A program made the position numbers and the translations under genes. Below are positions 62,964 through 64,000 of a DNA stretch of 64,000 bases, piece by piece (positions within the stretch are counted from its first letter, which is position 1; every line of letters starts with the position of its first letter). Source of the DNA: an uncultured Alphaproteobacteria bacterium (lineage in GTDB: Bacteria; Pseudomonadota; Alphaproteobacteria; Rs-D84); contig CAMRWN010000004.1 in NCBI GenBank assembly GCA_947054455.1, positions 11,867 to 75,866 of the forward strand, written 5' to 3'. The notes below the pieces were generated by a model that saw nothing but the letters and a program-made list of their open reading frames with translations, was not told the DNA's origin and ran no database searches.

Positions 62964-63977
62964 ATGAGAGCCAGAAATTTCAAACAGCGAAAATTCAGAA
63001 TATTTTTCACCGTTGCATTCGCTGCCGCGGTGCTTGTAGTTTTGTATGCGGTGGCCTGGCGGTCGCCGATGCGCGGCCCCGCCACGATTGAAATTCCCCG
63101 TGGGGCCAGTGTGTCTGGCGTTGCAAACCGCATGGCGGCGGCCGGCGTCATTGATTCGGCGAAATTGTTTAAATTGGTCGTGCGCGGCATGGGCGGTCGC
63201 ATACAGATTGGCGAATACGAAATTCCTGCACGCGCCAGCGTGTGGCGTGTGGCGCGAATGCTGTCGCGCGGGGATGTGGCAACGACAACTGTTGTCATAC
63301 CCGAAGGCATGACCGTCCAGCAGATTAAGCAGTTGCTGCTGCGCAGCAGCGCGCTGACCGGGCCTGTTGAATGCGACCCCGGATACACGGCGGCCGTGTG
63401 TGATTTGCGCGATGGGGACCTGTTTCCCGATACGTATCGTGTGGCCAAGGGTACGTCCCGACTTGCCTTTTTGGAACTGATGCGCAAAAAAATGACACGA
63501 ATTGAATCCTCGTGGCGCGGGGCGGGGCGCGCGGCGCCGGCGCCGTTGCGCGCATGGGACGAGGTGTTGACCCTGGCGTCCATCGTGCAAAAGGAAACGC
63601 CGCGCGAATCGGAAATGCCGCTGGTTGCTAGTGTGTATTTGAACCGGCTGCGCGCAAATATGCGTCTGCAGGCGGATCCGACGGTTGTATACGCATTGAC
63701 GAACGGATACGGCGATATGCGTGGGGCGCCGCTGCTGCGTGGACATTTGAAGATAGAAAGCCCCTACAATACCTATACAAATCGCGGTTTGCCGCCGGGG
63801 CCGATTGCAAATGTTGGACGCGCGGCGATTCGCGCGGTGCTTAATCCCGCCGATACAAATTACTTGTTTTTTGTCGCGGACGGGCGTGGCGGGCACAAGT
63901 TTGCAAATTCTTATCAAGAGCATATGCGAAACCATGCTGACTGGCGCGAGATAAAAAAAATTCGAAACGGGAAATAA
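62964..63977 (+). CDS. mltG: Endolytic murein transglycosylase MltG (YceG)
   Basis: N-terminal TM anchor, then EGMTVQQI, LASIVQKET, VYLNRL, LQADPTV, YNTY and GLPPGPI motifs. Confidence 0.9.
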   Translation: MRARNFKQRKFRIFFTVAFAAAVLVVLYAVAWRSPMRGPATIEIPRGASVSGVANRMAAAGVIDSAKLFKLVVRGMGGRIQIGEYEIPARASVWRVARMLSRGDVATTTVVIPEGMTVQQIKQLLLRSSALTGPVECDPGYTAAVCDLRDGDLFPDTYRVAKGTSRLAFLELMRKKMTRIESSWRGAGRAAPAPLRAWDEVLTLASIVQKETPRESEMPLVASVYLNRLRANMRLQADPTVVYALTNGYGDMRGAPLLRGHLKIESPYNTYTNRGLPPGPIANVGRAAIRAVLNPADTNYLFFVADGRGGHKFANSYQEHMRNHADWREIKKIRNGK

Positions 63978-64000
63978 AAAACCGTCAACATTAAAAAAAT

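Overview
This is a 64-kb chromosomal window from a compact Gram-negative genome. The gene content (tatBC, tolB, pal, asmA, gatCAB) looks proteobacterial, probably alphaproteobacterial, but no taxon can be assigned from sequence alone. GC is roughly 50%, and genes are tightly packed with several overlapping or abutting stops and starts. Most of the window is housekeeping: tatB/tatC, a LysM-M23 lipoprotein, yghA-like SDR, miaB, gatC-gatA-gatB, ruvX, sufB and sufC, rpsT, plsY, dprA, dnaA, parE, dnaJ, pgsA, uvrC, an RluC-type synthase, asmA, dnaN, ppa, efp, fba, tolB, plsC, ftsE/ftsX, pal, rbfA, lepA, acpP-fabF, an acyl-CoA synthetase and mltG. There are three tRNAs: Lys-CUU, Phe-GAA and Pro-CGG. 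I saw no rRNA, CRISPR array, transposase or obvious prophage. Several accessory features are scattered among these genes. (1) A family of signal-peptide, Cys-rich or membrane-anchored proteins sits behind a recurring cassette of paired AATCCAAAC-N4-GTTTGGATT palindromes. (2) Two divergent genes of that family end in a perfect 328-bp inverted repeat that encodes an identical C-terminal module. (3) Four tandem signal-peptide genes encode phage-tail-fibre-like or collagen-like fibre proteins, with an outer-membrane barrel gene just upstream. (4) There is an orphan TcpQ/PilL-like protein plus lipoprotein secretin pair, an orphan type IV pilin and an orphan VirB2-like pilin. (5) An integrase homologue appears to have lost its catalytic residues. 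(6) A SodC-like lipoprotein lacks the metal ligands. All family calls rest on motifs I recognised by eye; no database search was possible.
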